From: Candidatus Saccharimonadota bacterium
GTDB lineage: Bacteria; Patescibacteriota; Gracilibacteria; Absconditabacterales; Absconditicoccaceae
Reading direction: 5' to 3'
Assembly (NCBI GenBank): GCA_965231145.1
Contig: OZ246420.1
Coordinates: 270,001 to 302,000, forward strand
Length of the DNA: 32,000 bases
Shown here: piece after piece, positions 1 through 10,205 of the stretch
Layout: every line of letters starts with the position of its first letter
Position numbering within the stretch: the first letter of the stretch is position 1
Translations under genes and position numbers: made by a program
Notes under the pieces: model-generated
Database searches by the model: none
Seen by the model: only the letters and a program-made list of their open reading frames with translations
What the model was told of the DNA's origin: nothing

Positions 1-1
1 G

Positions 2-2650
2 TTAAATCTCAATGGTACTGCCAATACAAGTGTAGTGACGATACAGAACACTCTGCCAGCAAGCTATACAAAAGCTGCGTGGGTAAAATTTGGTACAACC
101 AATAATGGCTCATATAGTATTTTATCAAATGGAACAACACCTTCTTCAAGTCCAGATTTTTTTTGGGTCTCCACTGGCACATATGGATGATCAGCTATCC
201 TGGGTCTCAAGGCTGGTCCTATAACGGCTGGTAATAATGCAGTGTGGAGTACAGGAGCATTTCCTACAAATACTTGGACGCATGTCGCAGTTACTTTCGA
301 TGGTTCTACTAAACAGTACAGACTCTATCAAAGTGGTGTGTTAGTCGGCCTGGCTACCGGTACTTCTTCGCATGCAAGTACTGCTCAGGCTATTGGAGCT
401 TATGCGACTACTCCTTCTGCAAATACCTTTAATTGGACAGGACAGTTAGACGATGTTCAGTTGTGGGATAGTGTATTAACAGAGGCTCAGATAGGAGAGG
501 TTATGAATCAAAATAATGGCGATGGTGTCACTCCTGCTGTTCCTGATTTCCCTACATCACTAGAAGCTTTTGCATACGATGCCAATGCCGTTTATCTTAC
601 TTGGACTGGGGTGGGAGCTACACCAGTAGTAACAGACTATCAGATAGAGTATAAGATAAACACAGGTTCTACTTGGAACGTATTTTCTGATTCGGTGAGT
701 ACAAGTACGACAGGGCTTGTGACGTGATTGATCAACAATCTTGTCTATGATTTCAGAGTGTCGGCTATCAATGCTAGCGGAACGTGACTTCCAAGCACTG
801 TAGTGTCGTGAACTGCAGTACCCTTACCGGAGCCACAATTTCTTCTTCGTTTTGAAGACACATATGACGATGTTTCGTCTCATGCAAATCACGGTACTGC
901 TACAGGAGCAATAGCAATAGTTACTGATGGAATCCGTGGCAAGGTAGCTCGTTTTATTGGTTCTATAGGTAATTATGTGACTGTTAATGTTCCCTTGGGA
1001 ACGACAGGATTTACCAAGGCGGCATGGATATATATTCCAGTTGGTACAACTATGAGTGCTCGTAATATTATCTCGAATAGCCCGTATGGAGGAAGTAACT
1101 CCAGCTTTCTTTGGGTAGATAGTTCAAAATTACAAGTTGGTCATTTCTCAGGAGCCGCGGCTCCGATCTTTGCTGCTGACCCTGCTAATATGACTTCGGG
1201 ATCCTGGGCGCATGTTGCTGTAACTTATCAGCCAGCATTGAAAAAATATATGCTTTATAGAAATGGAGCGCTTGTTGCCAGTGGCTATTCTATTCAAAAT
1301 CCAAATCCAAGTACAGGAACTATTATCTGAGCATATAATACAACCGCTGTTACATTTTCTGGATTTATGGATGATGTTGAAATGTGGAATAGCGCATTAA
1401 CTCCTGCTCAGATTCAATTAGTCTATGAGGGTAATACGTGAGTTCCGGTAGGCGTACCAGTTGCTCCTGCTAATTTTACTGGTACTACAGCAAGTAGTAA
1501 TAAAGCTACGTTAATCTGGTCGTGAGTGTCAGCTATTTTACCGGTAACTGACTATCAAATAGAGTATAAAATCAGTACCTGATCAACGTGGACGGTCTTT
1601 TCTGATGGAGTAAATACAGGTACAAGTGTCGTTGTTACAGGTCTGACGACCAATCTCTCATATGATTTTAGAGTGGCAGCGGTCAATTCTGCTGGTACTG
1701 GAGCAGTGACAAATGTTGTATCTCTCTCGCCAATTGTTGTTTCTGTGCCTCAGCCTCAATTTCTCCTGGGATTTGAAGGAAATTATGAAGATATGTCTAT
1801 CAATAGAAACAATGGAATAGCGACATGAACGCTTCCCATTATTACCGATGGCACTCGTGGGAAAGTAGTCAATATCAATGGTGTTGTAGGTAATTATGTT
1901 TGATTAAATGCCTCTCTCAATGTTTCGGGATTTACCAAAGCTGCATGGGTATATGTGGTGCCTGGTACGAATGTGGCTGCGCGTAATATATTGTCCAATG
2001 GATCCTACGGAGGAAGTAGCTCCAATTTTCTTGTCTTAGATGCGGGGGTACTGAAGGTAGGTCACTTTTCATGAGCTTCTATTGCATATTATGCGTCAGA
2101 CTCAGTAGCTTTTGGTTCATGACAATGGATACATGTAGCTACTACTTATAATTCAACTACGAAAAAATATATGCTCTATAGAAATGGAGCGCTTATTGCG
2201 AGTGGAACTGCCGTGACTGATCCTTTTGCAAGTACAGGAACTACTGTCGGAGCCTTTAATATAACAGCTGTAACATGGTCTGGATATGTGGATAATGCAG
2301 AAATGTGGGATAGTACTCTTACTCCAACTCAAGTACAGGCTGTGTATGAAGGTAATCTATGAGTGCCCGAAGATGTGCCATATGTGCCGTTAAATTTCTA
2401 TTCTCCTTCGGTAAGTACAGGAGTTGTAAATCTTATATGGTCTTGAGTTACATCTCTATTACCGGTGACTGACTATCAAATAGAGTATAAAATCAGCACC
2501 TGATCAACGTGGACAGTCTTTTCTGATGGAGTAAGTGCCAATACGACATGAGCTGTCACATGATTGATCGATAACCTTTCTTATGATTTTAGAGTGGCTG
2601 CGGTCAACTCTGCATGAACAGGTAGCTATTCAACTGTCGCTACTGCTGCG
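2..2650 (+). repeat. Three tandem coding modules of about 920 nt (about 307 aa), each LamG-like lectin + FN3; the first is truncated by the window edge.
   Basis: PQFLLRFEDTYDD at about 833 and PQFLLGFEGNYED at about 1754 are 921 nt apart. Near-identical DNA ccggt[a/g]actgactatcaaatagagtataaaatcag[t/c]acctgatcaacgtggac occurs at 1541 and 2461. Confidence 0.8.
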
Positions 2651-5600
2651 CCATGATTGTTCATTTTTTATCATATTCTTTCTAATGGTCAGAGTATTTC
2701 AGTGGGATATAACTCGACTCCTGCTCTTTCTTTGAGACAACCATATAACAATCTTGCGTTATGAGGAGGAGATCCTTTTTCGTCGTGATGACTGTTGTGA
2801 CCGCTCATAGAGTCAGGAGTAGAAAGTCCATCTGCTGGATTGGCAAACGCTTTAAGAGCGTATAGCTGAACGTTATCTCGCCCGATAATTATAGGATTGC
2901 ATGGTTTATGAGCGACATATTATTCTGATATAAAAAAGTGAACAGCGCAATATGCGAAAGGTATGGCACAGGCAGCACTGAGTAAGTCTCTTGTAGAAGC
3001 CGCGTGAGGAGTCTATCGTCCTCTTGGTGTGACGATTGAGCATGGAGAGTTTGATGCTCGGGCCTGAAATTTTATGCTGTATGAATCATATTTGGTAGAG
3101 TGGCAAAGAGATTATCAATTTGATATAAACGCACTGATGGGAACAACGGGGGTTGTTTTTCCAATGTTCTTAGATCAGGAACAATCTTCTCGAACATGAT
3201 GAGTTGCTGTAGCGCAGCTTAATGCACATAGAAATAATCCAGGAAAAATATTTCTCGTAGGTCCGAAATATCAATATTCATATGGTAGTGATAATTTGCA
3301 TCTTACTAATACGTGATCGAAATTTCTCGGCGAAATGCTAGCGAAGGTTATGTATAAGGTGGCGATACAGTGACAAACATGGAATCCGCTTATGCCTACT
3401 TCAGTCATAAGAACATGAGGTAATGCTATCCTCGTGAGTTTTAATATCCCAGTTGGAACACTCAATATCGATACGTGATCGGTAGCAGCACGTCAAAATT
3501 ATGGATTTGAATACTATCAGAGCGGAGGTACAGCTACTACAATTAGTGGAGTAAGGCTTTTGAGTTGAAATACTATGGTAGAAATAACGTTGAGTGGGGG
3601 ATTCGATGGAACTGGCCAAAAACTGCGCTATGCGTGGACGTGCTGATTTCCTGTTGTTACAGGTCAATGGGGTCATTGTGCGAATGCAAGCTCATGACTT
3701 TTTGTCGGTGGTAACATTCGTGATAGTGATTCGAGTATTTCTCCATCAGTAGATGGAACGGGACTGCCTTTATATAACTGGCTCGTCACTTTTGATGAAA
3801 GTATCATCACTCCTAGTGTTCCAAATGCGCCTACAAATGTCACAGCAGTTGCGAGTAGCTGACAAGCTATCATTTCATTTAGCTGATCGACCAATAGTGG
3901 TGGTGCAGCTATCACTGAGTATGTAGTTGTTTCCTCTCCATGATCTATTACATTTACGGGAACAGGAAGTCCTATTACGGTAACATGACTGACGAACTGA
4001 GTGAGCTATACGTTCGCAGTAGCAGCGAAGAATTATGTGGGAACAGGAACCTTCAGTAGTGCGTCAAATCCTGTAGTGCCTGCAACAATACCAACCGCAC
4101 CGACGAACGTCGCGGCGACAGCAAGCAGCTGACAAGCAGTGGTGGAATTCAGCGGCTCATCAAGTAGTTGATGGTCTACTATTTTGTATTATATAGCAAC
4201 CTCATCACCGTGAAATATAAGCTTCACCGGAACATGAAGTCCGATCACGGTAACATGATTGACGAACGGAGTCTCATATACCTTCACTGTAGAGGCATAC
4301 AATGCAATAGGAACGTGAGAAATAAGTAGTCCATCAAATGCGGTAGTTCCAGCGACAGTGCCAAATGCGCCGATCAACGTCGCGGCGACAGCAAGTAGCT
4401 GACAAGCAGTGGTAGCATTTAGCGGTTCGACTAATAGTGGTTGATCAGAGATTTTGTATTATGTGGCAACATCAACTCCGTGAAACATATCATTTACGGG
4501 GACTGGAAGTCCCATCACGGTAACGTGACTGACCAATGGAGTGAGTTATACATTCACAGTAGCAGCGGTTAATGCTATTGGTGCCGGAGCAACAGGATTA
4601 TCAAATGCTGTTATTCCTGCAACAGTACCAGGTGCGCCAACAGCTGTAAGTGCAACATCAAGTAGTGGTCAGGCGATTGTCTCATTTACCGCTCCGGCAA
4701 ATAATGGCTGAACTGGAATACTCTATTATATAGCAACCTCATCACCGTGAAATATAAGCTTCACCGGAACATGAAGTCCGATCGCGGTAACGTGATTGAC
4801 GAACGGAGTGAGTTATACATTTACAGTAGAAGCGTATAACGCGGTATGAACAGGAGCGGCAAGTAGCGCATCAAACGCAGTGATACCAGCAACGGTGCCA
4901 ACAGCACCGACGAATGCAACAGCAGTAGCATGAAGCGGACAAGCTATTATTTCATTCAGCTGATCTACCAATAGTGGGGGCTCACAGATTCTTTATTACA
5001 TCGTTACTTCATCACCAGGAAGCATCTCGCTTACGGGAAGTGAAAGCCCGATAACTATTACAGGTTTGACCAATGGCGTGAGTTATACATTTACAGTAAT
5101 AGCGGTCAATGCTATAGGAACATCATCAGCAAGTAGTGCCTCAAATGCAGTAGTTCCTGTGACACTTCCGGGTGCGCCAACAGGGGTGAATGCAACATGA
5201 GGAAATGCACAAGCTACTATTTCATTTACTCCGCCAGCAAGTAATGGAGGCACTGGTATAGTAGAATATATCGTCACATCAAATCCGTGAAACATTATAT
5301 TTACGGGGACTGAAAGTCCCATCACGGTAACGTGATTGACCAATGGAGTGAGTTATACATTTACTGTAGTAGCAAGAAATAGAGTAGGTTCGTGAGATGC
5401 AAGCGCAGTATCAAATGCTGTTATTCCTGCGACTGTCGCAAATGCACCGACGAATGTGGCAGCGACATCGAGCAGCTGACAAGCTATTGTGTCGTTTAGC
5501 TGATCGACTGATAGCGGAGGATCTGCCATCTTGTATTACATTGTAACATCAAGCACAGGAAATATTGTTGTAACATGAGCAGATAGTCCTATTACAGTCG

Positions 5601-8209
5601 CGGGATTGACGAATGGAGTTACATATGCGTTCACTGTAAGTGCTTACAATGCAGTAGGAACAGGAACAGCAAGTAGTGCTTCAAATGACGTCATGCCTAT
5701 TACGGTGCCAACAGCTCCGATCAATGTCTCCGCGACATGAGGTAATCAGCAGGCGACGATCAGATTTACTTGATCGATAAATAACGGTGGAACCTGAATC
5801 TTGTATTATGTGGCAACATCAAACCCAGGAAACATATCATTTACCGGAACATGAAGTCCGATCACGGTAACGTGATTGACTAATGGAGTGAGCTATACAT
5901 TTACCGTCGCTGCAATAAATGGAGCGGGTACGGGAGTATTGAGCAGCTCATCAAATGCTGTAATTCCAGCAACAGTAGCAAACGCACCAACCAATATCAT
6001 AGCAACAGCAAGTAGCTGACAGGCGGTTGTGTCCTTTAGTGGATCGAGTGATGATGGATGATCGACAATCCTTTATTACGTAGCGACATCAAATCCAGGA
6101 AACATTAGTTTTACTGGTACATGAACTCCAATAATTATAGAATGATTGACCAATTGAGTGTCATATACGTTTACGGTAGCTGCAAGAAATGCAGTTGGAA
6201 CCGGAGCGGCGAGTGCTGCGTCAAGCAGCGTGACACCAGTAACGATGCCATGAGTACCATCAAACATCCAGGGAGCAGGAACGCTGGGGGAAGCAATATT
6301 TGATTTTGATGCACCAGTGTATAGCGGAGGATCTGCGTTACTGTATTATACGATTAGATCAAGCACATGACAGCTAGCAAAAACTGGAGTAAATAGTCCA
6401 ATGACACTAACATGACTCACCAATGGAGTAACATATACATTCTTTATCGCAGCAGTAAATGCGCAGTGAGAAGGAACAAGCGGGGCAGTAACATTTACTG
6501 TCACAACTCCAACCACTATTCCGAGTGAGCCTACGAATATCACAGCGATAGCATGAAGTTGATCAGCATTGCTCAGTTTCAGCACCCCGACTGATAATGG
6601 AGGATTACTTATTGATTATTACGCTATTAGATCATCTACAGGTGCTCTCATAAAGACAGGAGCAAATAGCCCAATAAGGATGACATGATTACAGAATGGA
6701 ATAAGTTATGCATTTAGCGTCTCAGCAGTAAATGGAGAGTGAGAAGGTCCTAGCGACACAGTAACGATAGAGCCGATTGCTCTTATTGTAAATGGTGGTA
6801 GCATAAGTGTTATACTATGATCTACAAGTATGATAGCAAATTGGACGACAACTATTAGAGCTTCAACACAAATCCAGTATGGTATTACGACATGATATAC
6901 ATTGCAGAATACGGAAAGAGACGTATCAAATCGTGTGACCTTACATAGTGGGAATATCCAATGATTGCTTACCTGTACAAAGTATAACTACAGAATTATT
7001 GGTTCAGATGATGAAGGATATCGCTATACAGGAACAAATAGCACATTCACCACGCTAGGCTGCCCAAACAATGCGCCAATTCTCACACAAGAAGAAGAGA
7101 TTGTAGAGGTGCCAGTAGGATGAGTGTTTACTATGACATCAACATTGGGAACGACGTTAGAGCTTATTATCCCTGAGGACGTAGTACTTATCATACCAAC
7201 CCTTCTCTTCCAATGAAAACAATTGGAAGCAAGTACCGCAATTGGTTCTCTTGGCAAGCCATCTAGTGAACTTATTCAGGTGTCAGCGCTCTATGATCTC
7301 CAAGCATATAGTGGGGATACAGATCGCATGACGACCTTTGAAACAGGTCTTACGATGACGTTGAGTTATCGTGATCAGGATGTGAGTTGAGTAGATGAAA
7401 GTACATTAAAAATCTACAGTCATGATGGAACAAGCTGGTCAGAACTTGATAACTGTGTGGTAGATACAGTCAATAAGAACGTTACATGTAATACATCACA
7501 TTTCTCAGCATTCTCCATCTTTGGAGTAGCACTAGGAGTAACGCCAAGTTCTCCATCAGTATGAGGAGGTGGTGGATGAGTGTATCTGACGAAGGATGTG
7601 TGTCCAAACGGAGATTACTCACTGAGCTACTATGACAAGACATGTAGTAGTGTATGACTACCAAACATTGAACAATGAATACTTCGCCTCGCGTTGAACA
7701 AATGTACAGCACAAAATGGCGAAGAGCAGCAATCATACTGCTTCAACCGCGCGATCGGCTCTACAACGATGCCTACATTCATGCAGGCACGTTACTACGA
7801 TCAGATCACGAGAGCGCAGCTGTCGAAGATCATGGGAGAGTTTGCAAAGAATATACTCTGAAAGACTCCAGATAAGAGTAAGCAATGTACGTTTACAGGA
7901 GAAGATCCGGACGGATTAGCAGCATATATGATCCAGGCATGTCAGTTAGGACTGATGAATACAAGCAGACCAAATGACATACTGACAAGAGGAGAGTATA
8001 TGACGGTGCTTTCAAGAATGTTATATGGTAAAACGCATGAACAGACGAATGTGGAAAGTGAAGAACATCCATTCTACGAGTATCATATGGAGCAGTTGTA
8101 TAAGGAATGATTGATCAATAGAAAAGAGCCACTAGTGAAAGCACAAAGACTTGTACCATTCTTGACGCTCTACAGACTCGCACAGAAGCTAGAAAAAGAA
8201 TCAAGATAA
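2..8209 (+). CDS. Giant secreted/cell-surface adhesin-like protein, 5'-partial (2,735 aa in window, table 25). Architecture: 3x [LamG/concanavalin-like lectin + FN3], SASA/SGNH-like esterase-like domain, 11 tandem FN3, two further beta-sandwich domains, Gly linker, Cys motif, SLH-like C-terminal repeats.
   Basis: I hand-translated frame 2 codon by codon from 2 to 8209. There is no TAA or TAG until TAA at 8207-8209, and roughly 95 in-frame TGA. The four plus-strand frame-2 ORFs in the supplied track (242, 977, 2171, 7928) all lie in this frame. LamG_3-like motifs are present (LDDVQLWDSVLTEAQI, MDDVEMWNSALTPAQI, VDNAEMWDSTLTPTQV), as are FN3 motifs (TDYQIEYK...TGL..N..YDFRV.A.N..GTG). A terminator follows immediately. 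Confidence 0.85.
2650..3810 (+). other. Domain of the giant protein: putative SASA/DUF303-type (SGNH-like) carbohydrate O-acetylesterase fold.
   Basis: The ordered motifs resemble the SASA family: HILSNGQSISVGY (GQSN-like nucleophile block), GVTIEHGEFDA (QGEsD-like block) and YGSDNLHLTNTGSKFLGEMLA (D..H block). This is motif-level recognition only. Confidence 0.4.
3821..6780 (+). repeat. Array of 11 tandem FN3 domain repeats inside the giant gene, period 267-273 nt (about 90 aa).
   Basis: Repeat starts (P-x-A-P-T-N-V) are at 3821, 4091, 4361, 4628, 4898, 5168, 5438, 5708, 5978, 6248 and 6521. The consensus is ..AP.NV.AT.SSGQA.VSFSGS.NSGGS.ILYY.ATS.PGNISFTGTGSPITVTGLTNGVSYTFTV.A.NA.GTG..S..SN.V.P. 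Confidence 0.9.
7562..8209 (+). other. C-terminal anchoring module of the giant protein: GGGGGG linker, CPNGDYSLSYYDKTC motif, then SLH-like repeats.
   Basis: The translation reads ...HFSAFSIFGV..VGGGGGGVYLTKDVCPNGDYSLSYYDKTC...YCFNRAIGSTTMPTFMQARYYDQITRAQLSKIMGEFAKNILG...AAYMIQACQLGLMNTSRPNDILTRGEYMTVLSRMLYG...EQLYKEGLI. The (a..Gl......itR.e...m..r) pattern resembles S-layer-homology-type wall-binding repeats. Confidence 0.45.
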
Positions 8210-8212
8210 TAG

Positions 8213-8238
8213 AAAAACTCCCATCTAGGGAGTTTTTT
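8213..8238. terminator. Bidirectional rho-independent terminator shared by the convergent giant gene and the CHC2 gene.
   Basis: The sequence aaaaactccc-atcta-gggagtttttt forms a perfect stem (actccc/gggagt) flanked by an A-run and a T-run. The TAG stop of the minus-strand gene (8225-8227) lies in the loop. Confidence 0.8.
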
Positions 8239-8878
8239 CTTCAGAAGGAAAATTTAATTTGAGCTGATTAGGATTTGACGGCGGTGGAGGATCGAGTTGA
8301 TCTTGTCGGTATTTCCTTGTGTCTCCTAGTACCATAGAAAGAAATGTGGGTAGCGTATGAGATCGTCCACATCCAAAACATTTGACCATCCCCATGGTTT
8401 TACTGATACAACAGGAAGCTGTCTTCTCTTTGTGATGAGGACAAAGCACGTACAAGTTAGAATATGTTTCTCTGGCGATCGCATTTCATAGTCTCTCTCT
8501 CAGAAACGTGGTAATAAACTCACGGTCATAACCTGTACGCATGTCTCTATTGCGATTTTCCATGCTATGTAATCGCGCTCTCGTCTTCTTTTTTACTCCT
8601 TTATTTTTACCCGTAGGTTTTCTTCCCACACTCAAAGCTCTCGCAATTTCATTTTTTATCCTTAGTTGAATGATTTCTTTACTTCTTTTCACCCATGTAT
8701 CATACATTTCTTGATCAACCGATAAAGGAGCATCCTCATACAGAGTAAATGCGTCTTCCGGATTGTTTTTATATATCTCATATGAGTCAATTGCAGCTCT
8801 TTCCATGTTTTTTATAGAAAAACAGGAGGGCAAACCCTCCCGATAATCATAATGATCTAAAGAACATGTCTTCGTCAC
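8225..8878 (-). CDS. Hypothetical protein with a C-terminal CHC2 (DnaG-type) zinc finger, 217 aa. It is two track ORFs joined through TGA=Gly at 8486-8488.
   Basis: LCPHHKEKTASCCISKTMGMVKCFGCGRSH matches the primase zinc-finger pattern CP.H.EKT.S...(n)CFGCG. ORFs 8486..8878 and 8225..8455 are in the same frame and separated only by a TGA. The start (GTG at 8878 or an internal ATG) is uncertain. Confidence 0.6.
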
Positions 8879-8920
8879 ATTGGCCCAATTATAGAAAAAG
8901 TCAACACTGATGCAAGCGCA

Positions 8921-8943
8921 GAAAAACCCGGCTTTAGCCGGGC
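8921..8943 (-). terminator. Rho-independent terminator downstream of rlmN.
   Basis: The minus strand reads gcccggctaaagccgggtttttct (stem cccggc/gccggg, loop of 4, T-run). Confidence 0.75.
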
Positions 8944-8949
8944 TTCTGT

Positions 8950-8986
8950 ATTATATTGAGAATTTCGAATTCAACATTTCGAATTA
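8950..8986 (-). repeat. Stop-codon-abutting 37-nt conserved motif, copy A (after rlmN).
   Basis: The minus strand reads TAA TTCGAAAT GTTGAA TTCGAAAT TCTCAATATAAT. The TAA is the rlmN stop, and the terminator hairpin follows 6 nt later. Confidence 0.8.
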
Positions 8987-10165
8987 TTTTTTAAGTACTC
9001 TCAGGTTCTTCCCCGTCTCTTTAATCTCTTCACGATGTTCATATACTTTTTCATATCCCAGCTGACCGCAGGCACCTTTGACTCAGCGTCCGAGTGTATC
9101 TCTGACGGTTACCGTCACTCATCCTTTTTCAAGGATCTCTTTAAATCTCATGATCTGGTTTCTGCTTGGCTCTTCGAGGTCGATAGCGGGGTTTTCGTTG
9201 TATGGGATAAGATTGATATGTGAGTGAGCAGGTCTTGCTTTGAGGAGGTCTATGAGCTGATATGCGAGTTCTGGCTGGTCAGTCTTTCCCTTGATCATAA
9301 TGTACTCATAGAACACGCTCTTGCCTGTCTTTGTCGTATATTCATCGATCTGTGCCATGAGCTTGTCTAACGTGTACATCTTCGTGATCGTTGGGATAAG
9401 CTCGGAGCGGAGCTCCTGATTTGGTGCGTGGAGTGACAATGCAAGCATGACATCAAGATTGTCATCGATCATCTTTTGTATACCAGGAATAATTCCGCTG
9501 GTAGAGATGGTTACGTGACGACGTGAAAGTGAAAATCCGTTTTGGTCGAGGAGATAGTGTACAGTAGCTTTTACATTGTCATAGTTGAGGAGTGGTTCTC
9601 CCATACCCATGAAGACGATATTTCTGATCATGTACCATGAGTTGTCTTCTTTTTTGCCGAGCTTCTTTTTGAGGTATGCGTTTGCATAGATAACCTGTCC
9701 GATGATTGTTTGGACATCGAGGTTTTTGAGGAGTCCAAGTTTCCCCGTTACGCAGAAGATACATCCAACTGAACATCCTACTTGTGACGAGATACATAAG
9801 GTGAGACGGTTGAGTTTTTTACCGTCAACGAGGGTTGTGAACCCTTTCTTATATTCTTCTGATCCTTCGATAATTTCATGATAGTGGAACATAATTACTG
9901 ATTCGATCACGTTGCCGTCAGGGAGCTTGAAAAGAAACTTCGTTGTGTCTTCAGACTCCTGCATTTCCTGGAGCTCAAAAGGCACAATAGTGAAATTGTC
10001 CGACAATGAATCTCTCAGGTCTTTGCTGAGGGCAGTCATCTCTTGGAAATCAGTCACAGAGTTTTTAAAGATTTCGTGAAAAATCTGTTTCAGACGAAAT
10101 GGCTGAACCTTATGCAGAACTCTTCGTTCTTCTAATTTCTCTTTATCAAAAATAGAGGCTTTCAT
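8984..10165 (-). CDS. rlmN: 23S rRNA/tRNA adenine-C2 methyltransferase RlmN (radical SAM), 393 aa.
   Basis: Radical-SAM CxxxCxxC is present in GCSVGCIFCVTG, with MGMGEPLLNY also present. Reading through TGA at 9119 and 9083 recovers the conserved C-terminus VTVRDTLGRGVKGACGQLGYE (family pattern vR...G.di.AACGQL). The true stop is TAA at 8984-8986. Confidence 0.85.
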
Positions 10166-10205
10166 AGCCTCTACTATAGTGATTTTGCTCTAAAAAACAA
10201 GCTTG

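Noticed and set aside
3821-6780. Regular 270-nt periodic repeats considered as a CRISPR array or non-coding satellite.
   Set aside because: The period is a multiple of 3. The array is in frame with the flanks and encodes 90-aa FN3 domains. There is no short repeat/spacer alternation.
3271-7257. A series of 60-90 aa minus-strand ORFs (3271..3465, 3401..3676, 3673..3915, 4189..4377, 5083..5343, 6076..6267, 6346..6585, 7024..7257) and the plus-strand ORF 6121..6303.
   Set aside because: These are shadow ORFs of the plus-strand frame-2 giant gene. They are antisense, except 6121..6303, which is in another plus-strand frame. Frame 2 gives clean FN3 and esterase-like domains with conserved motifs. 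The shadow translations are low-complexity with no recognisable features.
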